DNA from: the human T2T-CHM13v2.0 reference genome, Homo sapiens
Reading direction: 5' to 3' (one strand)
Assembly: GCF_009914755.1 (NCBI RefSeq)
Contig: NC_060929.1
DNA length: 64,000 bases
Shown here: positions 19,616 to 48,176 of the stretch, piece after piece
Layout of the letters: each line of letters starts with the position of its first letter
Numbering within the stretch: the first letter of the stretch is position 1
Program-made: the position numbers and the translations under genes
The notes under the pieces: generated by a model
What the model was told of the DNA's origin: nothing
The model's database searches: none
What the model saw: the letters and a program-made list of their open reading frames with translations, nothing else

Positions 19616-19708
19616 TCCTTTCTTTCTTTCTTTCTTTTTCTTTCTTTTCTTTTCTTTTTCTCTTTCTTTCTCTCTCTTTCTTTCTCTTTCTCTTCCTTCC
19701 TTCTTTCT
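19528..19708. repeat. (TTTC)n tetranucleotide microsatellite and CT-rich extension
   Basis: Long perfect tttc run from ~19553. Confidence 0.95.
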
Positions 19709-20126
19709 ATAAAATATATATACCATAACATTTCTCGTTTTAACTATTTTCGAGCGTGCCATCCTGTGGCATTCAGTTCTTGAAGTACATTCATACTGTC
19801 ATGCAACCATCAGTTGGCATGCACCCACCAGCCATATCCAGAAGTTTTTCATCTTTCTAAATGGAAGCTGTACACCTATTACCCCCCAATCCCTCCTCCC
19901 TCCAGGCCCTGGAAGTCACCATTCAATTTCGTGTCTACATGAATTGAACTACTCCGCGTACCTCATATGAGTGGAATCCTATGGGTATTTATCTTTTTGC
20001 GACTGGCTTATTTTATTTAGCATAATGTCCTCAAGGTTTGTCTATATTTTAACATGTTAACATTTTCTTCCATTTCAATCTGAGCTATTTGTTCAGGAAG
20101 AAAGCATTAAAAATTTTTTCCTTCCA

Positions 20127-20197
20127 ATCACCACCAGTTACAGAGGTCTTTTTTTCTCCTCCACTCCCACTGCTTCACTTGACAAGTCTTAAAAAAA
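20127..20197 (+). pseudogene. 5'-truncated Y3 RNA (RNY3-derived) retrocopy
   Basis: atcaccaccagttacagaggtctttttttctcctccactcccactgcttcacttgacaagtctt + A7 matches the 3' two-thirds of hY3 (…ATCACAACCAGTTACAGA…CTCCACTCCCACTGCTTCACTTGACTAGCCTT). Confidence 0.88.
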
Positions 20198-20290
20198 TTC
20201 TGACCAGCCTAGGCAACATAGTGAGACCTCATCTCTATAAAAAATAAGCAGAAAATTCGCCAGGTGTGGAGGTGTGCACCTGTAGTCTCA

Positions 20291-20455
<165 letters not shown>

Positions 20456-21341
20456 TTATGGCTGAATAATATTCCATTGTATGCACATTCTGCATTTTAT
20501 TTACCTATTCATCTGTCAGTGGACACTTGGTTTGCTGCCACCTTTTGGCTATTGTGAATAATGCTGCTGTTAATCTTGGTGCACAAATATCCACTCTGCT
20601 TTCACTTTTTTGGGGTATATACCTAGAAGCGGAATTGCTGGATCTTATGGCAATTGTATGTCATTTTTTTTTGAGGAATTGTCATAACTTTTTCTACAAC
20701 AGCCACACCATTTTACATTACCAGCAGCAAGGGACCAGGGTTCCGATTTCTCCACATCTAGCCAGCGTTTTCTTTCTTTCTTTCCTTTAACTTTTTTTTT
20801 TTCCTGTGTTGCCCAAGCTGGTCTCAAACTTCTGGCCTCAAGTGATCCTCCCACCTCAACCTCCCCAGTAGCTGGGTCTGTAGGCATGCACCACCATGCC
20901 CAACTTTTGCTTCTTCTTCTTCTTTTTTTAATTCCTTCCTTCCTTCGTTCCTTCCTTCCCTCCTTCCATCCCTCCCTCCCTCCCTTCCTCCCTCCCTTCC
21001 TTCCATCCTTCCTTCCCTCCTTCCATCCTTCCTTCCTTCCTTCCTCCCTTCCTTCCTTCCCTCCTTCCCTCCCTCCTTCCTTCCTTCCTTCGTCTCTCTC
21101 TTTCCTCTTTCTTCTTTTTCTTTCTTTCCCTGCTTGTTTGCCTTCTCTCTTTCTTTTGATAGTAGCCATTCTAATGGGCATAGAATGGAACCTCGTTGTG
21201 GTTTGGATTTGCGTTATCCTAATGACTAGTAATGCTGACCATCTTTCCATATGCTCACTGGCCATTTGTATATCCTCTGTGGAGAAATGTCTATTCAAGT
21301 CGTTTGCCCATTTTAAAATCAGTTTTTAAGAAATTGTTGTT

Positions 21342-21793
<452 letters not shown>

Positions 21794-23140
21794 TCAACTT
21801 ATCTATTTTTTTCTTTTGTGGTCGCAATTCTTTCTTCACCTGTGTCTAGGAGTGCACTGTTCATGCTCTTCATTTTCTTTAGTAGCCTGGTGGTGTCTCT
21901 GGAACTTGTTGGTACAGAGTAGGGCCATTTTCAAAAGGGACCTTGACATCGAAAGCGTGTGGCATCCAGTGCCCTCTCAGAGGGTGACGCTCCTCACTTG
22001 CACAGCTCAGGACGAAACCTCTCCTGTTTCTGGTAAAAAGATTAGGAACATAAAAAGGAGCAAGTGTCTGGGCCTGGGGGCTAATTGCTGGCAGGGCCTC
22101 ACCTGCCACAGCCCCAGTGGCTCAACCCACATCTGACTCAGGACCACAGGCCCCAGAAGGCTGCAGGATGAAAGGGCAGAGGGGAGGAATTCCAGCATCT
22201 TCATTTCAGCCCACAGCTTGGACAGCTGTGTGAAGCAGGCCCCTCATTCCACAAGAGAAAGACAGCCCAGCCATCTGGTTGGTGGGAGTTGGGGGCGTGA
22301 TTCGTTTCTTCTAAATGCTGTGCTTAAGCCAGGTTGTCTGGCTTTGAAGATGATTCCTGCAGGACCAGCGCGTTCATTTCCTTGCGGGGAAACTGTCAGG
22401 TTGAAAGCCCTCCTGCTCCAGGTGGCTCTATCCTCATCTGTAAACACTATTAAGGACTTGGTTTCAGCTCTAACCAGATGAAACTCCTAGAGCTTTTCAC
22501 TTAATGGGGACAGGGCGGCACAGGGAACAGGTGGGCAATTGGGCCATAGACAGCCCAAATAGTTGGATGTTGTTATCTTTTGATTTTCATTTGTGTTTTA
22601 TTTCAATGATGCGGCTGTGCTCTTCCAGCATCATTACCCTTCCCATCAGGGACACCAAATTCTTAACCCTGTGACTGCCCCTCTAGAGAACATCCTTTCA
22701 TTTGCTATGTATTTACTGAGCACCTACTGTGTGCCAGGCAGTGGTGGACCAAATAGAGGCAGGTGAGTCCTCTGGATAAAAGTCTCGGCTCTGAATGCAG
22801 CCTGCCTGAGTTCAGTCTTAGCTCTGCTCCTTAATTTCTGTGTCTTGTTGACTAAGACTGTGGACCTTGTCTGGAAAATGAAGAGAACGATAGTGTTTGT
22901 CTGTAGGGTTGTCCTGAGGTTTAAATGTCCTGGTGCAGGGGCAGCAGGTGCAGTCTGACACTTGGTAACTGCTAAGTAGGCATCGACTGTGATTGCATCG
23001 TCTCTGCCTTCATGGTGCTTACCTTCTAGAAAGGAGACAGGAAAGCAAGGCACCTGCAAGTGTGTAGTAGCAAGCTAGAATGTGCGGCTCAACTAAAAGA
23101 CTTGGGCATCCGGGCTTGGTGAGTAAAAGAGTAGAAGCCT

Positions 23141-26597
<3,457 letters not shown>

Positions 26598-28149
26598 TTA
26601 CAGTCAACAAAAGTTGTTATGTTTTAATCCTTGGAACAACTCAAGATGGAAGCAAATGCTGATTTGGGGGAAAGGTATAGTTTTTTAATGATCAAGTCAG
26701 CCACAGGCTTCACTTTGCATTTGATTTCAGAGTGCAGGTGCCAAGGTTTCCCCAGGGCTGCCTTTTCCTCGGGGGTGTCAAATCATTCTCGGGTGAGGCT
26801 GTCTCTGTCTCATTGTTTTCTCTGTCATTTTTCTCTTCATCAATGGTTGACCACTCCCATCCCCGGCCAGTTCCCCATTGCCCATGACTGAGTTGGGATC
26901 CACGAGGTTCCTGATGACCTCCTGCATCTGTTGCAAGACTGGTGTTCTCATTTTGCCCTTGATTTGCCCTGGATCTGCACCATCTTACCAGACCTTTGTT
27001 GGCAAGCTCACAAAGACATTAACAAGATTCATGGTGGCCTTGTTGGGAAGGCAGAGCAATGGACCTAAGCAGGCAGGGAACTTGAGTTGGGGCAGACTGG
27101 GTAGGTGGTCAGGTCTTTAATGCTTCCCCGAGCCTCGGTGTAGTAGGGACTTGCACATTGCAGACCCTCTGTAGTTGCTGGGTCCAAGGCTAGGGCAAAG
27201 GTGAGGCGCCCAGGGAGCTGAGGCTGGGAATGGAGGCCCGGGCAGCCTCCAGTGCTTGGCTTGCCCTTGAGGGCAACGGGAAGCCCCGACCAGTTTAAGC
27301 GGCACAGGACCTGGTCAGCTCTAACCTCAGAAATCTTATCTGAGACAGCTGAGTGGACTGGAGTGGACGGGGAGGAGCTGGGGTCTCAGCAACATTGAGG
27401 TAAGGGCTGTCCATCCTCTGCCCAAGGGTGGCTGGTGGCCCAGGTGGTCTCACCCAGCCCCCAGCCCCCTCCTTTGTGTAAGCTGGGTCTGAGGGCCGAT
27501 GCTCCCTCATGCTTGAGAAGAGGCTCTTCTGGAATCATGGACTGCCAAGGCAGGAGTTACAGGGAGTCAGATGGGAAAGCAGGGGCTACTTTGCGTAGGA
27601 TGGCCAGGGAAGCCGCTCTGAGGAGATGATCCTTAACTGATGACTGGAGGCTGAGAAGGGGCCGGGGGCAATGAGCCTGTGGAAGGGCCTCCCAGCACGG
27701 GCAAAGGTCCTGAGGCAGAAGATGTTTCACTGTGAGCCTCGTGCAGGAAGAGGAGGGTCTAAGCTGAAGCTGAAGAAGCAGATGCTGGCGCGGCACACCT
27801 TGGAATTTGGATCTAAGTTTAAGGAGAAAGCACCCAAGGGCTTTAATCAGGGGAGTGATGTGATTGCATCTGACTTGTGTCTTCGTAGGATTCCACTGGC
27901 TGTAGAGGCCAGAGGGGAGCAGGGAGATTGGAGCCTGTGACTGGAATCCTGGTGAAACCTCAAAGTGGCTTGGACCAGGGCAGTGGCAGTGGAAACAGAA
28001 AAAAGTGAGCAGATGTGAGGTGTAGTTTGGAGCTTCATTAGACTGGATCCACCAATGTCCACCCCATACATGTATCCAGATCGCAGCCCCACCTCTCAAC
28101 CCTGAGGCCATAGAGCATGCTGGAAATAGCATGTGTTTCAGAGTGAGAC

Positions 28150-29270
<1,121 letters not shown>

Positions 29271-29365
29271 TTATGGCAAAGAGTACCTCCCTGCTGGGGA
29301 TACTGGTCAGAGCATAAAGAAAACAAGGCCCCTCATTTATCTGTGTACGTGTGCCGTAAAGATAC

Positions 29366-30713
29366 TGAGGGGTGACAGGGTGCTGGCAGCCCTCCCTCGC
29401 TCTTGGTGCCTCCTTGGCCTCTGCACCCACTCTGGCCGCGCTTGAGGAGCCCTTCAGCCCGCCGCTGCACCGTGGGAGCCCCTTCCTGGGATGGCCGAAG
29501 CCGGAGCCGGCTCCCTCAGCTTGCAGGGAGGTATGGAGAGGGTGACACGGGCGGGAACCGGGGCTGCGTGCGGCCCTTGCGGGCCAGCTAGAGTTCTGGG
29601 TGGGCGTGGGATTGGCGGGCCCCACACTCTGAGCGGCCGGCCGGCCCGCCAGCCTGGGCAGTGAGGGGCTTAGCACCCGTGCCAGCAGCTGCAGAGGATG
29701 TGCCGGTCCCCTAGTAGTGCCGGTGGCTCGATTTCTCGCCGGGCCTTAGCTGCCTCCCCGAGGGGCAGGGCTCGGGACCTGCAGCCCGCCATGCCTGAGC
29801 CTGCCCCTGACGCCGTGGGCTCCTGCGCGGCCCCAGCCTCCCCGACGAGCGCCGCCCCCTGCTCCACGGCGCCCGGTCCCATCGACTGCCCAAGGGCTGA
29901 GGAGTGCCGGCGCAAGCACCACGGGACTGGCAGGCAGCTCCGCCTGCGGCCCGGGTCCAGGACCACTGAGTGAAGCCAGCTGGGCTCCTGGGTCTAGTGG
30001 GGATTTGTAGAAGCTTTATGTCTAGCTAAGGGATTGTGAATACACCAATCGGCACTCTGTATCTAGCTCAAGGTTTGTAAATGCACCAATCAGCGCTCTG
30101 TGTCTAGCTGATCTGTTGGGGACTTGGAGAACCTTTATGTCTAGCTAGGGGATTGTGGATGCACCGGTCAGTGCTCTGTGTCTAGCTCAAGGTTTGTGAA
30201 TGCACCAATCAGTGCTCTGTATCTAGCTAATCTAGTGGGGACTTGGAGAATTTTTGTGTCTAGCTCAGGGATTGTAAACGCACCAATCAGCACCCTGTCA
30301 AAACAGACCAATTGGCTCTCTGTAAAATGGACCAATCAGGAGGAAGTGGGTGGGGCCAGATAAGAGAATAAAAGCAGGCTGCCGGAGCCAGCAGCGGCAA
30401 CCCGTTCGGGTCACTTTCCACTGTGTGCGAGGTTTGTTATTTCACTCTTTGCAATAAGTCTTGCTGCTGCTCACTCTTTGGGTCCACATTGCCTTTGTGA
30501 GCTGTAACACTCACCGCGAAGGTCTGCACAGCTTTACTCCTGAAGCCAGCGAGACCACGAACCCACCAGAAGGAAGAAACTCAGAAGACATCCGAACATC
30601 AGAAGGAACAAACTCCCGTCAGGCTGCTTTTAAGAACCGTAACACTCACCGTGAGGGTCCGCGGCTTCGTTCTTGAAGTCAGTGAGACCAAGAACTTACC
30701 AATTCCGGACGCA
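29366..30713 (+). mobile_element. Solo LTR12-family (ERV9) LTR, LTR12C-like, ~1.35 kb
   Basis: Starts TGAGGGGTGACAGGGTGCTGGCAGCCCTC and ends CCAATTCCGGACGCA; CpG-rich U3, tandem tctagct…caccaatc units, gggccAGATAAgagAATAAAAgcagg promoter core. Confidence 0.93.
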
Positions 30714-31189
30714 GTGCCGCTAATGATCAACACGGAAGGGATTATTAATACCATAAGGTTGGGAACTGACGCTGGAACATGCCACTTGGTTGGAAGATGG
30801 ATGAGGATTTTCTTTGGTCTGTTTTTGGGAAAAGTTTTCAAGAGGGTCCAGGCTTGCACTTCAGGGGCAGAGAGTTTCTATGATGTGGCAGAAATGGGCT
30901 TGGCTTCCACTGGCTTTGCCTGGAGCCGACGGAAGGCGCTCCCAGGAATAAGATCGGGAGAAGTTTCTACCCGCTGGAAGGATGACTGGTGACTGATGAG
31001 AAGTCAGGGATGGCTGCTGCTTGCCAGGTGGGCCCAAATGGAAATGTATTCACACAGGGAGTAACAGCCTGAGTGGAGCAGGAGCCTCCCCTAGTGCGGG
31101 GAAAGTATTGTCGGGTACAGCATTCTCCAGGGCAACTTGGCAAAACAAAGCCCAAGTTTTCAAACTCTGCCTATCAGTTTTACTGCACA

Positions 31190-31227
31190 TTACGTTGGTG
31201 CAAAAGTAATTGCAGTTTTTGCCATTA
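31190..31227 (+). mobile_element. Solo Hsmar1/MADE1 terminal inverted repeat
   Basis: ttacgttggtgcaaaagtaattgcagtttttgccatta vs MADE1 TTAGGTTGGTGCAAAAGTAATTGCGGTTTTTGCCATTA; second arm absent. Confidence 0.88.
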
Positions 31228-31674
31228 AAAATGATGTAATAGTTACTGTAAAGATGTTCATCACAGCGTCAACTGTAAGAGAAACAAAAGGGCCCCAAAT
31301 GCTTTAGGTGGGGAGATGAATTAACCTAATTATGCTATATCTGAATAAAAGAATTGCAGTTGGCCAATAAAAATGGCATCATTGTGTTGTAGAAGAATAT
31401 TGGGCGTCATGGAAAGATGACAACGGTGGGTGCTTTCTATGTGCAGGCGCTGTTCTCGATCCTTCATACAATCTGCAGAGGTGAGTACTATTATTAGCCC
31501 CATTTTGCTGTTGAGGAAACCCAGGCACAGAGAGGTTAAGTAAGCTGCCCAAGGTAATACAGCTGTAAAGTGGTGGAACTGAGATTTGAAACTAACCAGT
31601 CTGGCTTCAAGCTCTCAAAGACTTTCATGATGGAAAGCCTGTTTTGTTTTGTTTTTCCTTTAATAAAAAAAGAG

Positions 31675-32020
31675 GCCAGGTGTGGTGGCACACATCCGTA
31701 ATCCCAGCTACTCAGGAAGCTGAGGCGGGAGGATCACTTGAGCCCCACCAGAGCTCCCCCCAACCTCTGGCAACCACTTGTCTTTTTACTGTCTCCACAG
31801 TTCTGCATTTTCTAGAATGTCGTAGAGTTGGGATCATACAGCGGCCTTTTCAGATGGGCTTCTTTCACTTAGTAACAGGAATTTAGCTTCCTCCATGTCT
31901 TTTTATGGCTTGATGGCTCATTTCTTTTTAGTGGTGAATACTATTTTGTTGTCTGGATGTTCAAGGAGTTCAAGACCAGCCTGGGCAACATAGTGAGCCC
32001 CCATCTCTAAAAAAGAAAAA
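31675..32020 (+). mobile_element. Alu monomer split by a ~218-bp L1MC-like segment (31746-31963)
   Basis: Alu reads …cacttgagccc then resumes aggagttcaagaccagcctgg at 31964. Confidence 0.8.
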
Positions 32021-32169
32021 GAAAGATGATATATGCCTAGAAAAAGCACTGAAAGAGAAAAATGTTGCCTGTTTCTCTTGAAGCGGCATCATGGATAATT
32101 CTTATTTCTCTGTATTTTTCTAAATTTGCCACAGTAAAATGTGTAACTTTGTAATAAGGAACACTCTCT

Positions 32170-33735
<1,566 letters not shown>

Positions 33736-33759
33736 GTTTTTGAAGAAGAGGAAGGAATC

Positions 33760-34220
33760 ATGTCCCTGCAAGTCTCTCCTTGGGCTCCCCAGGGTGCACT
33801 TAAGGATTCCACGCCCCACTGGTGTCATACTGGTGGCAGGGCCAGCTGGATCCTGATGTCCCCTTTTCTGGGAAGAGACCCAATGTCCAGGGTGGGCCCT
33901 GAGCTCCTCTCTGGCCCAGTTGATTGACCCAAGGGGGAAGCTGGACCTAAGCTAAGCCTGTCAGCTGCTCTCTGCCAGTTACGGGACAGTGACTGGAGCT
34001 TCAGTGAGGCCACGTGATGTTAATGGAGTTCTCTAAAGAGGAGGGCTGTGAGCTCCTCCCCCAGGGAGGCCTCTGGGCTGTGCTGATTCTGCATCCCCTA
34101 ACCTTGCTGTTTGGATCCCGCTCCTTGGATTGAGTAGGATCCGTTCAACAAATTCCTCCTTTTTGCTTGTTTAGCCAGTCAGGTGCTGTCATCTGCTACC
34201 CTAGAAATTTAAGCCATACC
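33760..34220 (+). mobile_element. Old ERVL-type LTR remnant (LTR16/LTR33-like)
   Basis: gattgacccaaggg…aacaaattcctcctttttgcttgtttagccag…tctgtc-like 3' end; family call tentative. Confidence 0.4.
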
Positions 34221-34234
34221 ATTAAGCAATACCA

Positions 34235-43351
<9,117 letters not shown>

Positions 43352-44879
43352 CTGACAAAACCCTTTTAAGGCTCACTTTCTTCATCTGTAAAATGGACTC
43401 CACAATGAACAGCAGATTTCAAAGCTTCAGTGAGCTCACGCAGAGAGCCTGGCATACTATAAGCCCCCACGGAGGCTGGTTTGCTCCTAGTCTGCTTCCT
43501 GCAGGACTCCGGTGTGGAGTTTAGGATCTGGGTAGAAGAAATGGACTGTCTCGGAATATTCCCCCCAAATTGCTCTTCTCTCCAAAGCAGCACTGGCAGG
43601 ACCTGAGCTTCACAAGCCACAGGGATGGCTTTGGGGTCCAGACTGAGACGGGCATGTCCCAGAGTCCCTCTCCCAGCCTCCACCATTCCACTTTCCTGCC
43701 CGGGGTCCCCAGGGCTGCCTGGCTTGTGCCTCAGCCATTGGATCACAGCAAACACACAGAGACCCTGAGATAGAAGAGCAGGGCCTGGAGAGGGGAAATC
43801 TGACTCCAGTTTCTTGCAGGCCCTCAAGAACTGGAGCCCGTGCAGTCTGGGGCCTCTGCTGGTGGCGGTTGCGGTTCTCCAACCTGCCAAATGATGAGAA
43901 TCATCTGGACACCAATGCAGTTTTGAAGGCCCTGTCCCTGGGGAGTCCAGTTCAAGGCAGCTGGGGCAGGCAGGGGTTTGGGTTTGTCCCGGCCTCCAGG
44001 CAGTTTGTTTCTTTGGGCAGGCTTGGGAGCTGCTGAGAGTGGGTTGAAGAGCTAGGGCTCTCTGGAACCATCTGGATCCCAGCACCAGCTTCCCCACTCC
44101 ACACTACTGGAGTGGCCTTAGGTAGGTGATGTTTTTAACTTCTCCGGGTTTCAATTTCCTCCTTGGAAAATGACAGAATGAGATTTGCAGGGTAAGCATT
44201 TAGCCCTGGGCCTGGCACAAAGTAAGCACCAACAGATGTTAGGCAATAATCCATACTGTTATTCCACGCAGCTGTGGGCTGCAGCAGGGTGAGGAGCCCA
44301 TGGTGATCTGAGGGTCTCGCCCTCGGGTCTCTTCACTGCTCACCACTGGGGTGAGCTCTCCTCTGAGTCGCAGCAAGAGGGCCGGGCTGCATCCCTGGAG
44401 TCCCAGCTGCCACCATCCCGTCTGAGATTCCTCTCAGACTCAAAGGGAATAATAAGTGTGCTTCTCTGGTAATTTGTTGTGCCTGGCACATAGAAATCAT
44501 CCAGGAATTGTTAGCTAATATCATGTCTGTACTCTTTAATGGACAAACATTTCCTGGCGCCTACTCTTTGCCAGTCCTGAACTGGGATGGGACCACGCTA
44601 CATACTGGGGCTCTGGAACCAGCCTGCCTGGGCTTGAAACCAAGCTCTGACACTGACCAGCTGTGTGACCCTGGGCAACGTACTCCTTCTTTCTGGGTTT
44701 AAAATGAATCCTTCATCTGTTTCCTCACGAGAACCCAGAGGTATAAAAAGGGATTCAATGGGTTCACTTGTAAAGAGCTCAGAACAGTGCCTGGCACGCG
44801 GTAAACTCTGTGAGTGATAAATTAAAGGCAGGCCACAGGCCCCTTTCTCCAGGAGCTCAGCCTGGTAGGGGAGTCGGCA

Positions 44880-45300
44880 AGGCTTAGAGGCCACAAGGCT
44901 GTTGCCTGCGGCGTAGAAGCGCTGGGCCTGAGCTCGGAATGCTTCCCGGAGGATGCGAGGGGCGGGCGCTGCGGGGAAGACGGTGCTACTCCCGCGCGGG
45001 ACCGCGTGATGTTTCCGAGTCAGCGGTGAACCCTGCGGCTTCCGCGCGTCCTTTAAAAATACAGGTATTTAGATACACACCGTGGCGTCGACTTAAGGTG
45101 AAATCTAAACAAAATGAAAGGACGGGAGCTATTCTGATTTGGCCGAACCTGTGCCTGCGGGCTGGGAATGACCCAAGGAAACGAAGGGACGGCGGAGCCA
45201 GTGCGGCGGGGGCCGGGTGGGAGGCGGTGGCCTCGTGCTGGGGACCCCCAGCCCCGGCCCGCCTTTGCCGGGAACCACCAAGCTGATTTTTTTCCCTTTC
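44880..45300. promoter_or_regulatory. Small orphan CpG island ~3 kb downstream of NKX2-5
   Basis: Abrupt CG-dense unique sequence with an AT-rich core (cctttaaaaatacagg, ctaaacaaaa). Confidence 0.6.
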
Positions 45301-47290
45301 TTTTTTAAATAAACCTACCTTCCTTCCCCCATTTTTTCCTTTTAATATCGCTGTTTATCTCCATTTTTTTTTAACTGCGGCGTGTTCTTGTTCGATTTTA
45401 AAAAATACTAAAAATAAAATGAGTCCCCTAGGTGCCTCCCTGGCGCCCTAGGCATGGAGAGCTCATGCCTGCGCCACCCTCATCTCCGCTGGCTTTGCCA
45501 CCTCGGAGGCGCCCCACACTTCTCCTTTGTTTTGCTTTTCTCTGAGCCGGTTGAGTTTTCTTACCCTGAATGCGTCGTTTATACAATTAGCAACTGAACA
45601 CAGAACAAATATCACCGATATAATTGGGGTGGGGGTCGCCATGTAAACACGGGGTGTTGTTACTTTAGGATACTTCTGACCCTGTCCCGGCCTGAGTCCT
45701 CGCTCCCTGACTCAGCATCCACGCAGGAAAGCCTCGCCCCAGCCAGGCAAGGGCAGTCCCTGCCGGCTCCTTGAGTTCTGCCGTCTACAGCTTGCCCCAT
45801 CATGAGCCTGGATGTGAGGCCTGAGATCCTCACCCCACTGGCAAGAGTCTGGGTTCTGCTCAGCGCGGCCTGGAGCCATTCTGTCTGCATCTTTACTGGA
45901 GAGACATCCACAGTGTGGCGGGCTCTGGCTTCAGGAACACTCTCCCCAGTATGTGTCCTGTGTGTTTCCCAGCTCCCGTTCCCGCTTAGAGACTGGATGA
46001 TCTTGACCACCCACGTAACCTCCTCAGTTTCCCGGTCTGCAAATGAAGATGGGTTCGGTGAGAGAACTCCTGTATACACTTAGCTGGGGTTGCTGGCATT
46101 TGGTGAGCCCTGGCAGATGCCAGCCAGCCGTTGTTAGCCTTTGTGAGCGCCTTGGGAAAGCTGCAGGAGATCCTGGGTCACTCAGCTGGTCCCCCAAGGG
46201 AGAGTATGACACATAAAGAGGGAAGTATCATGGAGAAATCCTCGTGGTATAACGTTAAGTGAAATAAATATTGTTTCTAATGCTACTGCAGACACCTGTA
46301 AGGTGAAAAAGGCCCACAGGAGTGCGGGACGGAGGCCACAGCGATCTGGTTAAGAGCAAATACGGGTCATTTCGGATAGAAGAATTTCCCAGTTGTGTGA
46401 GTTAGGCCTGCTGGGGCTGTGGGCTGGGGCTGCCTAGCAGGAGAGCACCGTCCTGCTTAGGAGCTGGTCTGGCAACCTGGAGGAGCCTCAGTGTGTCCCT
46501 CCGTAAGACTGAGACAGGAACATGTTAAAGACTCGCAGCAGGGTCACAGGCCCAGGAGGTGGAATGCCAGGGCTGAGCTGATCATCCGGCTCCCACTCCT
46601 GATGGCTCTCTCTAGCTGCCAGCTGGCCCAGACCTTCAGGTCCCTTCTTCTACTCAGCCAAGCCTTGAGCACAGCCCTTTCCTCTTCCTTCCCACAGCAC
46701 AGCCCAGAACCCTGTGATGGTAGACTGCCTGCACTCCACTGCCCTTGTATCCTACTGTGTCCAGTGGTAACACTGGGTATAGACAGTGGTTGTACTTAGA
46801 ACCTCCTGGCATCCTCCCCTCTTCCACGGGCGTGTGGCACTTACCCAGAGAGACACCACAGGCGCTGGCGGGGCTGCATGGTTCCTGGTGAGGCAGTAGG
46901 ACAGCTCCTGGTTGTGCCAGGCCAGCCTGGCGACCCTTACTGGGAGTCAGGGGAACATTGAGAAGCACTCGGTTCCTGGCTGCCACAAGCAATGCTTTGG
47001 CTGTGTCAGGGAGCTCTCAGCCGGATGCCCCAATGCCCCAGGCCTCCAACTCAGTGCTTCCTGGGCAAAATATCAGAAAAACCCATATCCAGTGAGAAAA
47101 CAAATCCTCAACTCCCTCTGGCTTTGGTCCCTTTTAAAGACGTATCTTAAAAAGATCCTGGGTCAGTTCCTCAGGCTCTGGGGCTGGTGATAGAGGAGCT
47201 GGAGGTCAGGTCCCAGCACCTGCTGACTGGCGATCCTGGATGCGAGCAAGGTGTGTTTGTTATCCTCATTTTACAGACAAACAAGAGCAA

Positions 47291-47334
47291 CCACCGCCGC
47301 CGCCGCCACCACCACCACCGCCACCACCACCACC
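47291..47334. repeat. Mixed (CCG/CCA)n trinucleotide repeat inside MIR sequence
   Basis: ccaccgccgccgccgccaccaccaccaccgccaccaccaccaccg; flanks are MIR-like (cctcattttacaga; ctgagcctcagttttctcatctataaaat). Confidence 0.88.
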
Positions 47335-48176
47335 GAGGCATGCAGTGGGCAAGTCCCATAACAAGCAGGGTTTAAACTTGATTTCGCTGAGCCTCAGTTT
47401 TCTCATCTATAAAATCAGGACACTAGTAACATTTGTTGGTCAGAACTATGGTGAAATTAAATGCCCTAAGGAAAGGACATCAGTAAGGTTAGGGCTTAGG
47501 GGCTCCCTTGACCATGTGAATTTATGGGGCCTCACCACAGCTGGAGGTGAGCACCATCCGCAGGACACCTCTCTGGGGTCCAGCCTCGGCACTCAGTCCC
47601 ACGGGCAGCTGATGAGGCCCCGACGTGGCATCTGGGGGCATCTGAGGAGACTGAGAACGCTTGCCAAGGGCTTGGGTTCTTGGCTTTTCCATCTGGAAAC
47701 AGGCTAAGGAGTTCTTTTAAGTGGGATGATCACGGTGCTCTCCAGCTACAGAGGGCCCAGGTTCTTTTGCTGTCCATTTAATGCCCAGTGCCTGGAACCG
47801 TGCCTGGCACACATTAGGATTCAAGGAGGGGAGCTTGGGAGCACAGGGAAGGCGGTCTCTGAAGTGAGGCATCCTGAATTTAACCAGAGTTCGACTAGTA
47901 CTGGCTATTTGCTCGCAGGTAAGTCATTAAACCTCTCCGGGCCTCAGCTTCTAAACTTTAGGATTTTTTTTTTTTTGGATTATTGAGGATTATATGAGAC
48001 AATCTCAGAAAGTGCCCGACACGGAACCAGTATGGTTCCAGCAAGGGTTAGGTTTTATTAGTATCAATGTTATCAATTTGCTCAGGGAATGCCTGTGCCT
48101 GAGATCTGAGACCAGTCCCGGGCGGCCACCTCTCTCCTGCTTCTGAAGCGCCGCAAGCTGAAAGAAGCACACGTGC

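Noticed and set aside
30010-30340. Regularly spaced ~40-bp repeats that look superficially like a CRISPR array
   Set aside because: These are the internal U3 tandem repeats of LTR12; there are no unique spacers or cas genes, and the DNA is human.
43366-44097. 243-aa minus-strand ORF in mostly unique sequence
   Set aside because: Non-ATG start, no recognisable domain, 3' end runs into MIR-like sequence; consistent with chance in GC-rich DNA.
47187-47707. Poly-Pro / poly-His ORFs
   Set aside because: Produced by the (CCR)n repeat inside MIR; no coding context.
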